Source of the DNA: an uncultured bacterium
GTDB lineage: Bacteria > Gemmatimonadota > Gemmatimonadetes > Gemmatimonadales > GWC2-71-9
Length of the DNA stretch: 64,000 nucleotides
NCBI GenBank assembly: GCA_965651205.1
Contig: CBFGRM010000004.1
Coordinates: 14,241-78,240, forward strand
Direction of reading: 5' to 3'
Positions within the stretch are counted from its first letter, which is position 1. Every line of letters starts with the position of its first letter. The position numbers were made by a program, and so were the translations under genes. Of this stretch, positions 19,859 to 28,297 are shown piece by piece. The notes below the pieces were generated by a model, which had not been told where the DNA came from, did not search any database, and saw only the letters and a program-made list of their open reading frames with translations.

Positions 19859-20568
19859 GCGGCGGCCAGTGACAGGATTGCGTTCACGGCGTCTTCCGTG
19901 GCACTCAGGTCGTCAAACGCTGCGTGCGCACCTGCTGCCTGCAGTTCGGCAACGCTGTACGATCCAGTGGCCACCGCCACCGCGCGCACGCCGAGTGCCG
20001 CACCACAGGTCACATCCGCAGGGGTGTCGCCGATGATCACGATCTCTTCGCCCACCGGGACGCGACCGAACAGTGGCCTGGCCCGTTCCACCGCGATCGG
20101 TGGCAGCATCGGCCGGTCGGCGTGATCTGACCCGTAGGCGCCGATCCGGAAGCGGCCGGGATCGATACCGGCTGCTCGCAACTTGAGTCCTGCTCCCTTG
20201 ACCACGTTGCCCGTGAGCAGACCGATGCACACTTCCGGGCGCGCTTCGAGTGCGTCGAGCAGCTCGACGATTCCCGGCAACGGCCTCACCAGGCTGCCTC
20301 GGCTGGTCAGTTCATCCTCGAGATGCGCCAGGTAGCGATCCAGCAGCTCGTTGATCACCTCGGTGGTGGCGCGATCGCCGTGACCGGCGGCGTGATACAA
20401 CTCGCGCACGATCTGCGGATCGGTCTTGCCGTCGAATCGGACCGTGTCGAAGAACGAATCGGGATCGGCGAACGCATCGTCGAACGCCAGCCGGATCGCC
20501 GACCGACCCGCGGAGGCACTGGAGAGCAGGGTGCCGTCGATGTCGAAGAGAACCAGGGTGCTGAGCAT
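19855..20568 (-). CDS. HAD-superfamily hydrolase (phosphoglycolate phosphatase-like)
   Basis: ATG 20568 (TGATG junction). Intact motif I LVLFDIDGTLL, motif II GLLTGN, motif IV VIIGDTPADV. Confidence 0.85.
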   Translation of the reverse strand: MLSTLVLFDIDGTLLSSASAGRSAIRLAFDDAFADPDSFFDTVRFDGKTDPQIVRELYHAAGHGDRATTEVINELLDRYLAHLEDELTSRGSLVRPLPGIVELLDALEARPEVCIGLLTGNVVKGAGLKLRAAGIDPGRFRIGAYGSDHADRPMLPPIAVERARPLFGRVPVGEEIVIIGDTPADVTCGAALGVRAVAVATGSYSVAELQAAGAHAAFDDLSATEDAVNAILSLAAA

Positions 20569-21347
20569 CAGGTCAGGCGCCTCACCATTACCAATCGAGT
20601 CCGGAGGGACGCCGCCCGGCTCCCGGGTGTCCACGACTCCCGCGTCACCTGTCCGGTTGCCAGGGTGCTGTGCACGATGGTGTCGGCGTCGGCTGCAATG
20701 GCGACCTCGACAATCTGGTCCGAGTCTTCACCGCGGAAGAACAGCAGGTCGCCGCTGGCCACCTGATCGAGCGGCACGGCGGTGCCGAGTGTCGCCTGGT
20801 CGCCCACCATTCGCGGCATCGGAATGCCGCGCGCGAGGAAGGTGGTCTGCACCAGGCCGGTGTCGTCGATGCCACCATCGGTCACCCCGCCCCACAGGTA
20901 CGGGGTGCCGGCAAACTCGCGCCAGGCCCACTCCGCCGGCGACAACAGGTGTGCCTCGCGGATCACCTCGCCGATGCCCTGAATCCTTCCGGTGCGAATC
21001 CTGGCGGGCCTGCCATCCGGCAGGCGAACCCGTTCGTTGCCGTCTATCAGCAACCGCGCCCGGTGCGGCGCCCTCAGGCGCGCACCCGAGACCTCCAGCT
21101 CGGCACCGGTGGACCAGCCCGCGCCTACCAGCCAGCTATCGGCCTCGCCGGTGCTGGTGAGTTGCAGGTAGCCGCGATGCACCCAGCCGCTGCAGTCGTC
21201 GAGCAGGGTGTGCACGTGCAGCAGGTCGGCGTCGGTGCCGATTACCCGTGCGGCCTCTCCGAGTACCAGTTGGGTGACTTGTTCGGCAGCCAGCGAGGCG
21301 CTGGCAAGCACCGGGGCGACACGCACATTGGTGATCACGGCACTCAC
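20568..21347 (-). CDS. NlpC/P60-family cell-wall peptidase with an N-terminal SH3-like region
   Basis: GTG 21347 (GTGA overlap). AGTPYLWGGVTDGGIDDTGLV in place of the usual catalytic-Cys segment, with GDLLFF and a distal His region. The track ORF 20568..21482 N-terminal extension was rejected. Confidence 0.75.
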   Translation of the reverse strand: MSAVITNVRVAPVLASASLAAEQVTQLVLGEAARVIGTDADLLHVHTLLDDCSGWVHRGYLQLTSTGEADSWLVGAGWSTGAELEVSGARLRAPHRARLLIDGNERVRLPDGRPARIRTGRIQGIGEVIREAHLLSPAEWAWREFAGTPYLWGGVTDGGIDDTGLVQTTFLARGIPMPRMVGDQATLGTAVPLDQVASGDLLFFRGEDSDQIVEVAIAADADTIVHSTLATGQVTRESWTPGSRAASLRTRLVMVRRLT

Positions 21348-21535
21348 GCGCCCGAGTCTCCTCCCGAGCACGTCCGGCAGCGGGTGATGCCGCGGATGGT
21401 GCACATCAGGCACACGAATGTGCCACAGCCGTCGCAGGGATAGCCCTCCGACGCCCGCTCCTCGCGACCGCACGAGCGGCACAGCATTGCATCGCGTTCT
21501 GCGAGCGGCGGGCGCGGCGTGGTTCCCATACTCAC
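21344..21535 (-). CDS. Cys-rich microprotein (63 aa, four CxxC pairs)
   Basis: GTG 21535 overlaps the regulator stop (GTGA), and its own stop overlaps the NlpC/P60 start. CxxC at residues 19/22, 34/37, 42/45 and 53/56. Confidence 0.6.
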   Translation of the reverse strand: MSMGTTPRPPLAERDAMLCRSCGREERASEGYPCDGCGTFVCLMCTIRGITRCRTCSGGDSGA

Positions 21536-22926
21536 TGCTGGATGGCGTAGCGCTTGATCTTGGCGATCAGCGTCGCGCGGGAAATACCGAGCTCCTCGGC
21601 GCTGCGGGTGCGGTTGCCGGAGTGGTGCTTGAGAGTCCGCTCGATGTGCATCCGTTCCACCTCATCCATCGTGAGCGGCGTGTGCCGCCGGTCGAAGGGT
21701 CCGGGCCGGGCGCGAAACTCTCCCGGAAGGTGCTCGATACCGATGGCCGGGTGCCCTCGTGCCAGCAGCAGTGATCGTTCGAGCACGTGTCGCACCTCGC
21801 GCAGGTTACCCGGCCACGGATGCGACGTGAGGCGGTCGAGCGCCTCGTCGCTGAGCTCCATCGGTGAACCGGGCGAGGCACCGGCGAGCTGGTTGAGCAA
21901 CCGCTGGATCGCGGCACCGACATCGGCACGGCTCAGGTCGCGAAGCGGTGGCACCGTCAGCGACATCGCCTTGAGCCGGAAGTACAGCTCCCGCTCGAAG
22001 CGGCCCTCGGCCTGTTCGATCGCGGGATCGTGCGAGGTGGTAGCCACGATCCGCACGTCCACCGGAATCTCGCGAGTGCCCCCGCTGCGACGGAAGGCGC
22101 GCTGCTCCACCATTGCCGCGAGCTGGACCTGGACTCCGATCGGCGCGGCGGTGATCTCGTGCAGCGCAAGGGTGCCCCGATCGGCGATTTCGACCAGACC
22201 GGCACGCGACTGCTCGGCAGGCTGGCTGAGCGGTGCGTCGATTCCGAACAGCGTTGTTTCCAGCCCGGCCGGCTCGGCGGATGCCGCCACGATCTCGATG
22301 AACGGCTCGTCGGCGCGATTGGAGAGGTCGTGCAGCATCCGCGCGATCCGGCGCTTGCCGGTGCCGGGTTCGCCGCGTACCAGGATCGCGGGCTGGTTGC
22401 TGCGGGCCAGTACGGTGAGCTTCTGCCGGAACTCGCGCATCGGCGGCGAATCGCCCAGGGTGGCGACACCACTTGCGTCACTGCCGCGACCAATCAGGGT
22501 GCGATTGACCCGCCTGAGCCGCACCTTTTCGGCGGCGCGATCTGCAGCCGCTCCGAGGTGATCGAGATCGACCGGCTTGGTCAGGAAGTTCTCCGCCCCG
22601 TTGCGCATCGCCTGCACCGCCAGGGACACCTGACCGTCGCCGGTCAGCACGATCACCGCAGTGTCGCTGCCGCGGAGCCGTTCGAGCACCTCCAGGCCGT
22701 CGATCCCGGGCAGGTGCAGGTCGACCAGCACCAGGTCCGGCAACGTTCGCCCGAAGGTGGTGAGGCCGGCCTCACCGGTGAGTTCGCGGTGCACGTCCCA
22801 GCCACGCTGCGCGAAGAACTCGCCCAGCGAGCGCAACAGGGCGATGTCATCGTCGATCAGCAGGATGGAATCGGCCACAGGCGGAGTCCTGACCGCAATG
22901 AGTGAGGGGTGGCGCGGCTCGGGCAA
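21532..22926 (-). CDS. NtrC-family response regulator (REC + AAA+ + Fis-type HTH) with a degenerate sigma-54 interaction module
   Basis: REC domain ILLIDDD...LVLVDLHLPG...TKP. Walker A GEPGTGKRRIA. C-terminal HTH AEELGISRATLIAKIKRY. The GAFTGA position reads IDAPLSQPAEQS, and the Walker B position reads GTLALHEI. Confidence 0.9.
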   Translation of the reverse strand: MPEPRHPSLIAVRTPPVADSILLIDDDIALLRSLGEFFAQRGWDVHRELTGEAGLTTFGRTLPDLVLVDLHLPGIDGLEVLERLRGSDTAVIVLTGDGQVSLAVQAMRNGAENFLTKPVDLDHLGAAADRAAEKVRLRRVNRTLIGRGSDASGVATLGDSPPMREFRQKLTVLARSNQPAILVRGEPGTGKRRIARMLHDLSNRADEPFIEIVAASAEPAGLETTLFGIDAPLSQPAEQSRAGLVEIADRGTLALHEITAAPIGVQVQLAAMVEQRAFRRSGGTREIPVDVRIVATTSHDPAIEQAEGRFERELYFRLKAMSLTVPPLRDLSRADVGAAIQRLLNQLAGASPGSPMELSDEALDRLTSHPWPGNLREVRHVLERSLLLARGHPAIGIEHLPGEFRARPGPFDRRHTPLTMDEVERMHIERTLKHHSGNRTRSAEELGISRATLIAKIKRYAIQQ

Positions 22927-22956
22927 GGCAATGGCGAGCCGGCCACCGGTAATGTA

Positions 22957-23883
22957 TCACCGCCTCGGGGCGGGTGGGCGCGGCAGCATCACGCTGATCG
23001 CGCGGGGAACCACCTCCACCGAGAACGGCGTCTCCCCACCGGGCTCGCCGTCGAACTGCACCGGGTGAACCTCGCCGTCGGCGACCTCCACCGTGAACTT
23101 GCTGCCGCGGACGTATCCCACCAGCGCGTCCTCGCCGAAAGTCCCGGTGCGCTCGGTCACCAGGTCCCACATCGCCCGCATTGTTTCAGCCACGGTGTCG
23201 CCGCGGACCACCATCAGGTCGAGCTCGCCGTCGAACGGCGAAATGCCGGCGCCCAGCCGCATCATTCGCGGGAACACCTCGCCACAGTTCGCGATCAGTA
23301 CCATTGCCGCTTCCGCCTCGTGCAGCTTGCCGTCGACGGTGATCCTGAACGGGATGTTGCGGATCTCCGGCAACACCTTCAAGGTGGTTGCCACATAGGC
23401 CATCATCCCCCAGCGGTGCTTGGAGGCGGAGTCGGTCTCTACCATCACCCGGGCATCGATGCCGGCCCCGGCAGCCACCGCGAAATAGTGATCGCCATCC
23501 TTGCGGTTGAGGCGGCCGAGGTCGATCGCGCGCGGCAGCCCGTCCACCATCATCTGGGTGGCGCGGATCGGATTGATCGGCAGTCGCAGGTTTCCCGCCA
23601 GCAGGTTGCCGGTACCGCCCGGGATGAGTCCCAGTGCAGTCGAAGTCCCCACCAGCGAGGCCGCGGCCTGCATCGTGGTGCCGTCGCCACCGAACACCGC
23701 CACCACGTCGACCTCGTCCTCGACCGCCTGGGCTGCCATCCGGCGTGCGTCGCCGGGTCCGCCGGTCGCCTTGATCTCGAGATCCCAGTTGGCGTTGCGG
23801 ATCGTGTTCTCGATGCCGACCAGCGTCGAGGGGTCGGTGCGCGCGGCGTTCGGGTTGGCAATCAACAGTGCACGAGTTCGCAA
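22957..23883 (-). CDS. Diacylglycerol/lipid kinase family protein (YegS/BmrU-like)
   Basis: ALLIANPNAA..., VVAVFGGDGT, LGLIPGGTGN. TTG 23883 lies 1 nt after the tamB stop. The alternative ATG 23952 would overlap tamB by 68 nt. Confidence 0.8.
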   Translation of the reverse strand: MRTRALLIANPNAARTDPSTLVGIENTIRNANWDLEIKATGGPGDARRMAAQAVEDEVDVVAVFGGDGTTMQAAASLVGTSTALGLIPGGTGNLLAGNLRLPINPIRATQMMVDGLPRAIDLGRLNRKDGDHYFAVAAGAGIDARVMVETDSASKHRWGMMAYVATTLKVLPEIRNIPFRITVDGKLHEAEAAMVLIANCGEVFPRMMRLGAGISPFDGELDLMVVRGDTVAETMRAMWDLVTERTGTFGEDALVGYVRGSKFTVEVADGEVHPVQFDGEPGGETPFSVEVVPRAISVMLPRPPAPRR

Positions 23884-23884
23884 C

Positions 23885-26800
23885 TCAGTACTCCCGTTCC
23901 CAGAGCAGATCGCCACCGAGCTGGTAGCGTCGCGGAATATTGTTGAAGCCATCTCCCAGCCTGGCACCAATGCACGACTGCACCGGCTCGGCCGACGCCT
24001 GCACCCGCCAGTCCCGCGCGAAACGATACTCGATCGTAGCGCCGAAGTTGCGGGCCGAAAACGATTCCGACTGGCCGCCACCGAGACAGAAGCCCGCGTT
24101 GACCGTCACGAACCAGCGACTCCCCAACTGGACACCGGCGGCCAGCGACGTGAACGATCCCACGTCGGTGCCGCGCGACGGAATGCCCGGCCGGATCTCG
24201 AACAAGTCGAGTCCCAGGTTGGCCTCCTGAACCAGTTGCCGCTCGACCTCGCCCGAGATGGTCGCCAGCGCCATCTGGATCGCCAGTTGACTGCCTGCCT
24301 GCTGGGCGGAGTTGCCGGCCAACTGGAACTCGGGTCTCCCGAACATCAGGTAGGACAGGATGTCCCGCTCCGGAATGTCGCGACCCGGCGAAGATAGTTC
24401 CACCTGCGGCACCTGGATGGTCCCGGTGATCCTCGCCACGATCGGGATCTCGTCGCCATCGTAGGCCCGCACCAGGTAGCTGGCCTGGATGTCGAGTTCG
24501 GCATTCAGGTCGGCCGTGCCGAGATAGGTGACCGTTCCGCGGTCGATGGTGAACTTGCGGTTGATCAGGCCACGGACGTTCAGGGTGTATTCGCCCCGCG
24601 GCGTGTCCAGCTCGCCTGCAACGATGTAGGCCCTGCCGGTCTTGCTCACCTGCACCGTGCCCTCGAGCTGGATCTCCGCCTCGGCGGAGCGCAGCCACAC
24701 GTCGCTGCCCACCACGACAGTGAGGTTCTCGATCCGGAGCGAGTCGAGGAAGCGGTTCTGGAACGCGGCTCCCAGTTGCTGGCGACGCAGTTCCTCGACA
24801 TCAACCAGGTCCCGGTAGGCCGGATCCTCCAGATCGATGACGTTCTTGTTGATGATATCCGAGAAGTAGACATCGCTCGACGTGATGGTGACCGAGTTGC
24901 CGCGCAACACCGGTCGGCTGAGTGGGCCGGTGAGCGTTACCGTGCCGGTCGGCCTGGCCACCAGAAATCCCGGCACGTTGATCGCCAGGAATCGCCGCGA
25001 CGACAGGTTCAGGTTGAGCACGGTGCGGCTGAGATCCTCGAAGCGCACCGAGCCGTCGATTGCCAGTTCACCTTCGTCGCTGGCAAGCGTCAGTCTCTCC
25101 ACGACAAGCGAGTCACCCGCAAAAGTTGCCCGTCCCTGAATCGGCCCGTAGCGCACGCCAAGGTTGGGGATCGTGGTGCGACCGAGATAGACGGCGGCAT
25201 CGCCCGCCAGCTCGGGTTCATCCCAGGTCCCGCCGATCGTGAGGTCGAGTGACATCGCTCCCGTGGTGCTGCGGATCGACGTGGTGAATGCCTCGAGCAG
25301 CGCCAGTTCGGCGGAGTCGGCGGTGGCGCGAATCTCGATCGGCCCCGGCAGGCGACGATTCTCCCGCGCGGCCAGCGCCAGGTCGAACGGCACGTTCGCA
25401 TCCACCTCGAGCACGGGTTCGCCCAGCCGCCAGAATGTCACGTTGGCGCGTGCGGTGTTGTCGGCATAGTCGTATGCGGCACGCAACAGGGGCGGAGTGG
25501 CGGCCCCGAAGCGCGGCCCGGTGACCATTGCGTTGCCCCGCAGCAACGGGGCGTTGCGGGTGCCGCCCAGCCGGAAGTCCAGTTGTGCCAAGCCACCCAC
25601 TTCGGAGGTGTCGCGGCCCAGGACAGCGTAGATGTCGGCCAGGTCCAGCCCGATTATCGATGCCTCCAGCTCACCGGTGCCGACACCCGGCAGGGCACCG
25701 GCCAGGGTCATCAACCCGGAACCGTCGTCGGTGCGGAGAACCAGGGTGTCGGTGAGCGTGATGACGCGGTCCCCCAGCGTGAGCACGGCGGGATCTTCGA
25801 GTGTCCACTGTTGTCTCGGCAATCCGAGTCGCAGCGAATCGATCCCCAGTCGGTCACCGTCCGGGCCGGCGATGCGCCAGCCGCCGATCGCAAACCGTGA
25901 TTCGCGCAGGCGCCCCGAGGCCGCTGCATTGAGCGAATCGGCCGAACCGCCGAGCACCACGCGCAAGTCGGTGCCGACCTGGCGACCCTTGGCCAGCGAG
26001 TCGATTCGCGCGTCGAGGTGAATGCCCTGAGTGGAGAGCGAATCGGCGGAGATCTCCGCGGCGAGCTGACCGATCGACCAATCGTCAACCCGCACATCCC
26101 CTGCTTCCACCAACCCTGCGATGGCCGGCTCCTCGACCGACCCGAAGGCGATCAGTTGAGCGCTGGCGGTGCCGCCCAGCGGCAGGTAGCTGGCGGAATC
26201 CGGTTCGAGTCCGAAGGTGGCGCGCACCAGCGAATCGAACGGCTCCAGCGAGAATCCCGCGGCCTCGATCCGCATCATCCCCGAATCGGCCGCCGTCCAC
26301 CCCAACGAACCCTGCGCCAGCAACCCGCCGCTCGACCAGTTGACCGAGAGCGAGTCGGTCGAGAGCACGGCGCCGTCGGAATTGATCGCTCCCTGCACGC
26401 CGCTCAGCGTAAGGCCGCCGATCCGCGACTGTCCCAACTCGAGTCGGGCCGTTCCGATCGGTGCGGAGCCCGAATCGATCACGCCATCGAGCGTCATCAA
26501 CCCGTTGATGGCGGTGTTGCCGCCGCGACCAAGCACTGCCTCCACATCCAGCCGTCGCACGTCGAGCAGCAGGTTGTCGAACCGATAGCGCGGGGCAGTG
26601 GCGCCGATCACGCCTTGCGCAACGACGTCGCCGATGTCACCCGTGAGATCGGCATCGATCTCCAGCGAGTCGAGCGGCCCGTTGGCGATCACCCTTCCCG
26701 ACACACCACCGCGCGGAGTCAGCGCGGGGTAACCGGTGCGCAAGCCGTCGAACGAGAGCCGGTCGAAGCGCGCATCCATCCCGATCGCCAGAGGTTCGCC

Positions 26801-28297
26801 CCGGGTGTCCAGCCTCACCGTGCCGATCAGTCGCGACAGCGATCCCTCAGGGGCCTGATGCTCCGCGGTGCCCTGGAAGGTGACATCCTGCCACGGTCCA
26901 TCGAGCCGTCCCACCAACCGCATCCGTCCCGGCAGCGCCACCGCGGGGGCCTGGACAGTCACCGTGGCGAGCGCCACCGACGACTCGTTCAGCACGAAGT
27001 TGTCGAAGGTCGCACCGGCAGCGCCGCCGAACGACACCGAACCTTCGAAGTCGAACGAGGAAGTGGCCGGTCTCGCCGGGAGGTGATCCCGAAAGGTCAT
27101 CGTCCCGGCAAGTCGGATGTCGCTCTGGTAACCATCTGCCTGCAGCCGGCCATCCAGGCTGCCCCGGAACGGCAGTGTGTCGAGGTAGGGCCGCACCACT
27201 TCGAGGCTGACGGCCTCCAGCACCAGGTCGAGGTCGCGCACTCCGACGCCGCGATCATCATCGAGTATCGCCACCAGCCGGCCCGCCGCGCGCGAGCCGG
27301 CGTCGCCGAGATGGAGATCCTCCAGCACGAATTCGGTGTGCCGATTCGTGGTCGACAGCGCCACCACAGAACCGCGTCCGCCCCAGTCGGGAAAGTCGGG
27401 CTGGATCCAGCGCAGGTCGCGGAGCGCCACCGTGTCCGCTTCGAGAGCGAAGTCGTAGCGGATCGTGTCGTCCGGCCAGCGCACCGCACCGCTGCCGTGC
27501 ACCACGGTGCCAGGCAGCGCGGCCTCGCTGAACTCGAAGCGCAACGAGTCGGCCTTGGTGATCACCTGACCCTCCAGCGCCACGATGCTGAGCGCGGGAT
27601 CGGTGAGATCCGCGTTCAACTCCGCGATTTCCACCAGGATGGGATCGTCTTCCGGGGTGGAGATCCGGATCAGCGGCAACCGGGCGTCGACACCGGTCGC
27701 GCGATACACCCTCACCGGTCCGTCGCTGCCCTCGGTGATCTCGGGTTGGGCCGGCTCGGCGCCGCGCGCGCTGATCGGCTGCCTCGGCGGTCCGGGCGTG
27801 GTCGGCACGTCCACTCGCAGCACCGCACCGTTGAGCACCACGTCGCGCAGCTCGACCCGCGGCGGCGGGCCATCGCCACCGCCCTGGCCGGCGCGGAAAA
27901 TCTCCTGGTAATTCCAGCGACCACTGCGCAGTCGCTGGATGTGCAGGTCGGGCTGCTGCAAGTCGAGTTCGCGAATCACGATCCGGCCGGCCAGCAGTTC
28001 CGGCAGCAGGTACCGCGCCTCCAGTCGCGGTATCCGCGCCAGCCGCACGCCGGTGGAATCGCGGATCACCACGTCCTCGAGAACCAGGTGACGGATGATG
28101 CTGCCCCGGATGCCGCCGATCGACACATCGCCGGCCACGTTGCTGCTGATCACGTCGGTGAGGATCCGCGCCGTGAGTGCGCGACCAGGCGGAGTGTACA
28201 TCAGTGCCAGCGCAGTGCCGATCACCGCCGCCACGATCACCAGCGGAGGGCCGACCGACCACGCGATCACCCGGCGCAGAACCCGGCGCCACGACAT
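23885..28297 (-). CDS. tamB: Translocation and assembly module protein TamB (AsmA-like, 1470 aa)
   Basis: N-terminal signal-anchor, a long beta-rich repetitive body, and a DUF490-type C-terminus. It pairs with the upstream Omp85 gene through a TGATG junction at 28299-28295. Confidence 0.85.
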   Translation of the reverse strand: MSWRRVLRRVIAWSVGPPLVIVAAVIGTALALMYTPPGRALTARILTDVISSNVAGDVSIGGIRGSIIRHLVLEDVVIRDSTGVRLARIPRLEARYLLPELLAGRIVIRELDLQQPDLHIQRLRSGRWNYQEIFRAGQGGGDGPPPRVELRDVVLNGAVLRVDVPTTPGPPRQPISARGAEPAQPEITEGSDGPVRVYRATGVDARLPLIRISTPEDDPILVEIAELNADLTDPALSIVALEGQVITKADSLRFEFSEAALPGTVVHGSGAVRWPDDTIRYDFALEADTVALRDLRWIQPDFPDWGGRGSVVALSTTNRHTEFVLEDLHLGDAGSRAAGRLVAILDDDRGVGVRDLDLVLEAVSLEVVRPYLDTLPFRGSLDGRLQADGYQSDIRLAGTMTFRDHLPARPATSSFDFEGSVSFGGAAGATFDNFVLNESSVALATVTVQAPAVALPGRMRLVGRLDGPWQDVTFQGTAEHQAPEGSLSRLIGTVRLDTRGEPLAIGMDARFDRLSFDGLRTGYPALTPRGGVSGRVIANGPLDSLEIDADLTGDIGDVVAQGVIGATAPRYRFDNLLLDVRRLDVEAVLGRGGNTAINGLMTLDGVIDSGSAPIGTARLELGQSRIGGLTLSGVQGAINSDGAVLSTDSLSVNWSSGGLLAQGSLGWTAADSGMMRIEAAGFSLEPFDSLVRATFGLEPDSASYLPLGGTASAQLIAFGSVEEPAIAGLVEAGDVRVDDWSIGQLAAEISADSLSTQGIHLDARIDSLAKGRQVGTDLRVVLGGSADSLNAAASGRLRESRFAIGGWRIAGPDGDRLGIDSLRLGLPRQQWTLEDPAVLTLGDRVITLTDTLVLRTDDGSGLMTLAGALPGVGTGELEASIIGLDLADIYAVLGRDTSEVGGLAQLDFRLGGTRNAPLLRGNAMVTGPRFGAATPPLLRAAYDYADNTARANVTFWRLGEPVLEVDANVPFDLALAARENRRLPGPIEIRATADSAELALLEAFTTSIRSTTGAMSLDLTIGGTWDEPELAGDAAVYLGRTTIPNLGVRYGPIQGRATFAGDSLVVERLTLASDEGELAIDGSVRFEDLSRTVLNLNLSSRRFLAINVPGFLVARPTGTVTLTGPLSRPVLRGNSVTITSSDVYFSDIINKNVIDLEDPAYRDLVDVEELRRQQLGAAFQNRFLDSLRIENLTVVVGSDVWLRSAEAEIQLEGTVQVSKTGRAYIVAGELDTPRGEYTLNVRGLINRKFTIDRGTVTYLGTADLNAELDIQASYLVRAYDGDEIPIVARITGTIQVPQVELSSPGRDIPERDILSYLMFGRPEFQLAGNSAQQAGSQLAIQMALATISGEVERQLVQEANLGLDLFEIRPGIPSRGTDVGSFTSLAAGVQLGSRWFVTVNAGFCLGGGQSESFSARNFGATIEYRFARDWRVQASAEPVQSCIGARLGDGFNNIPRRYQLGGDLLWEREY

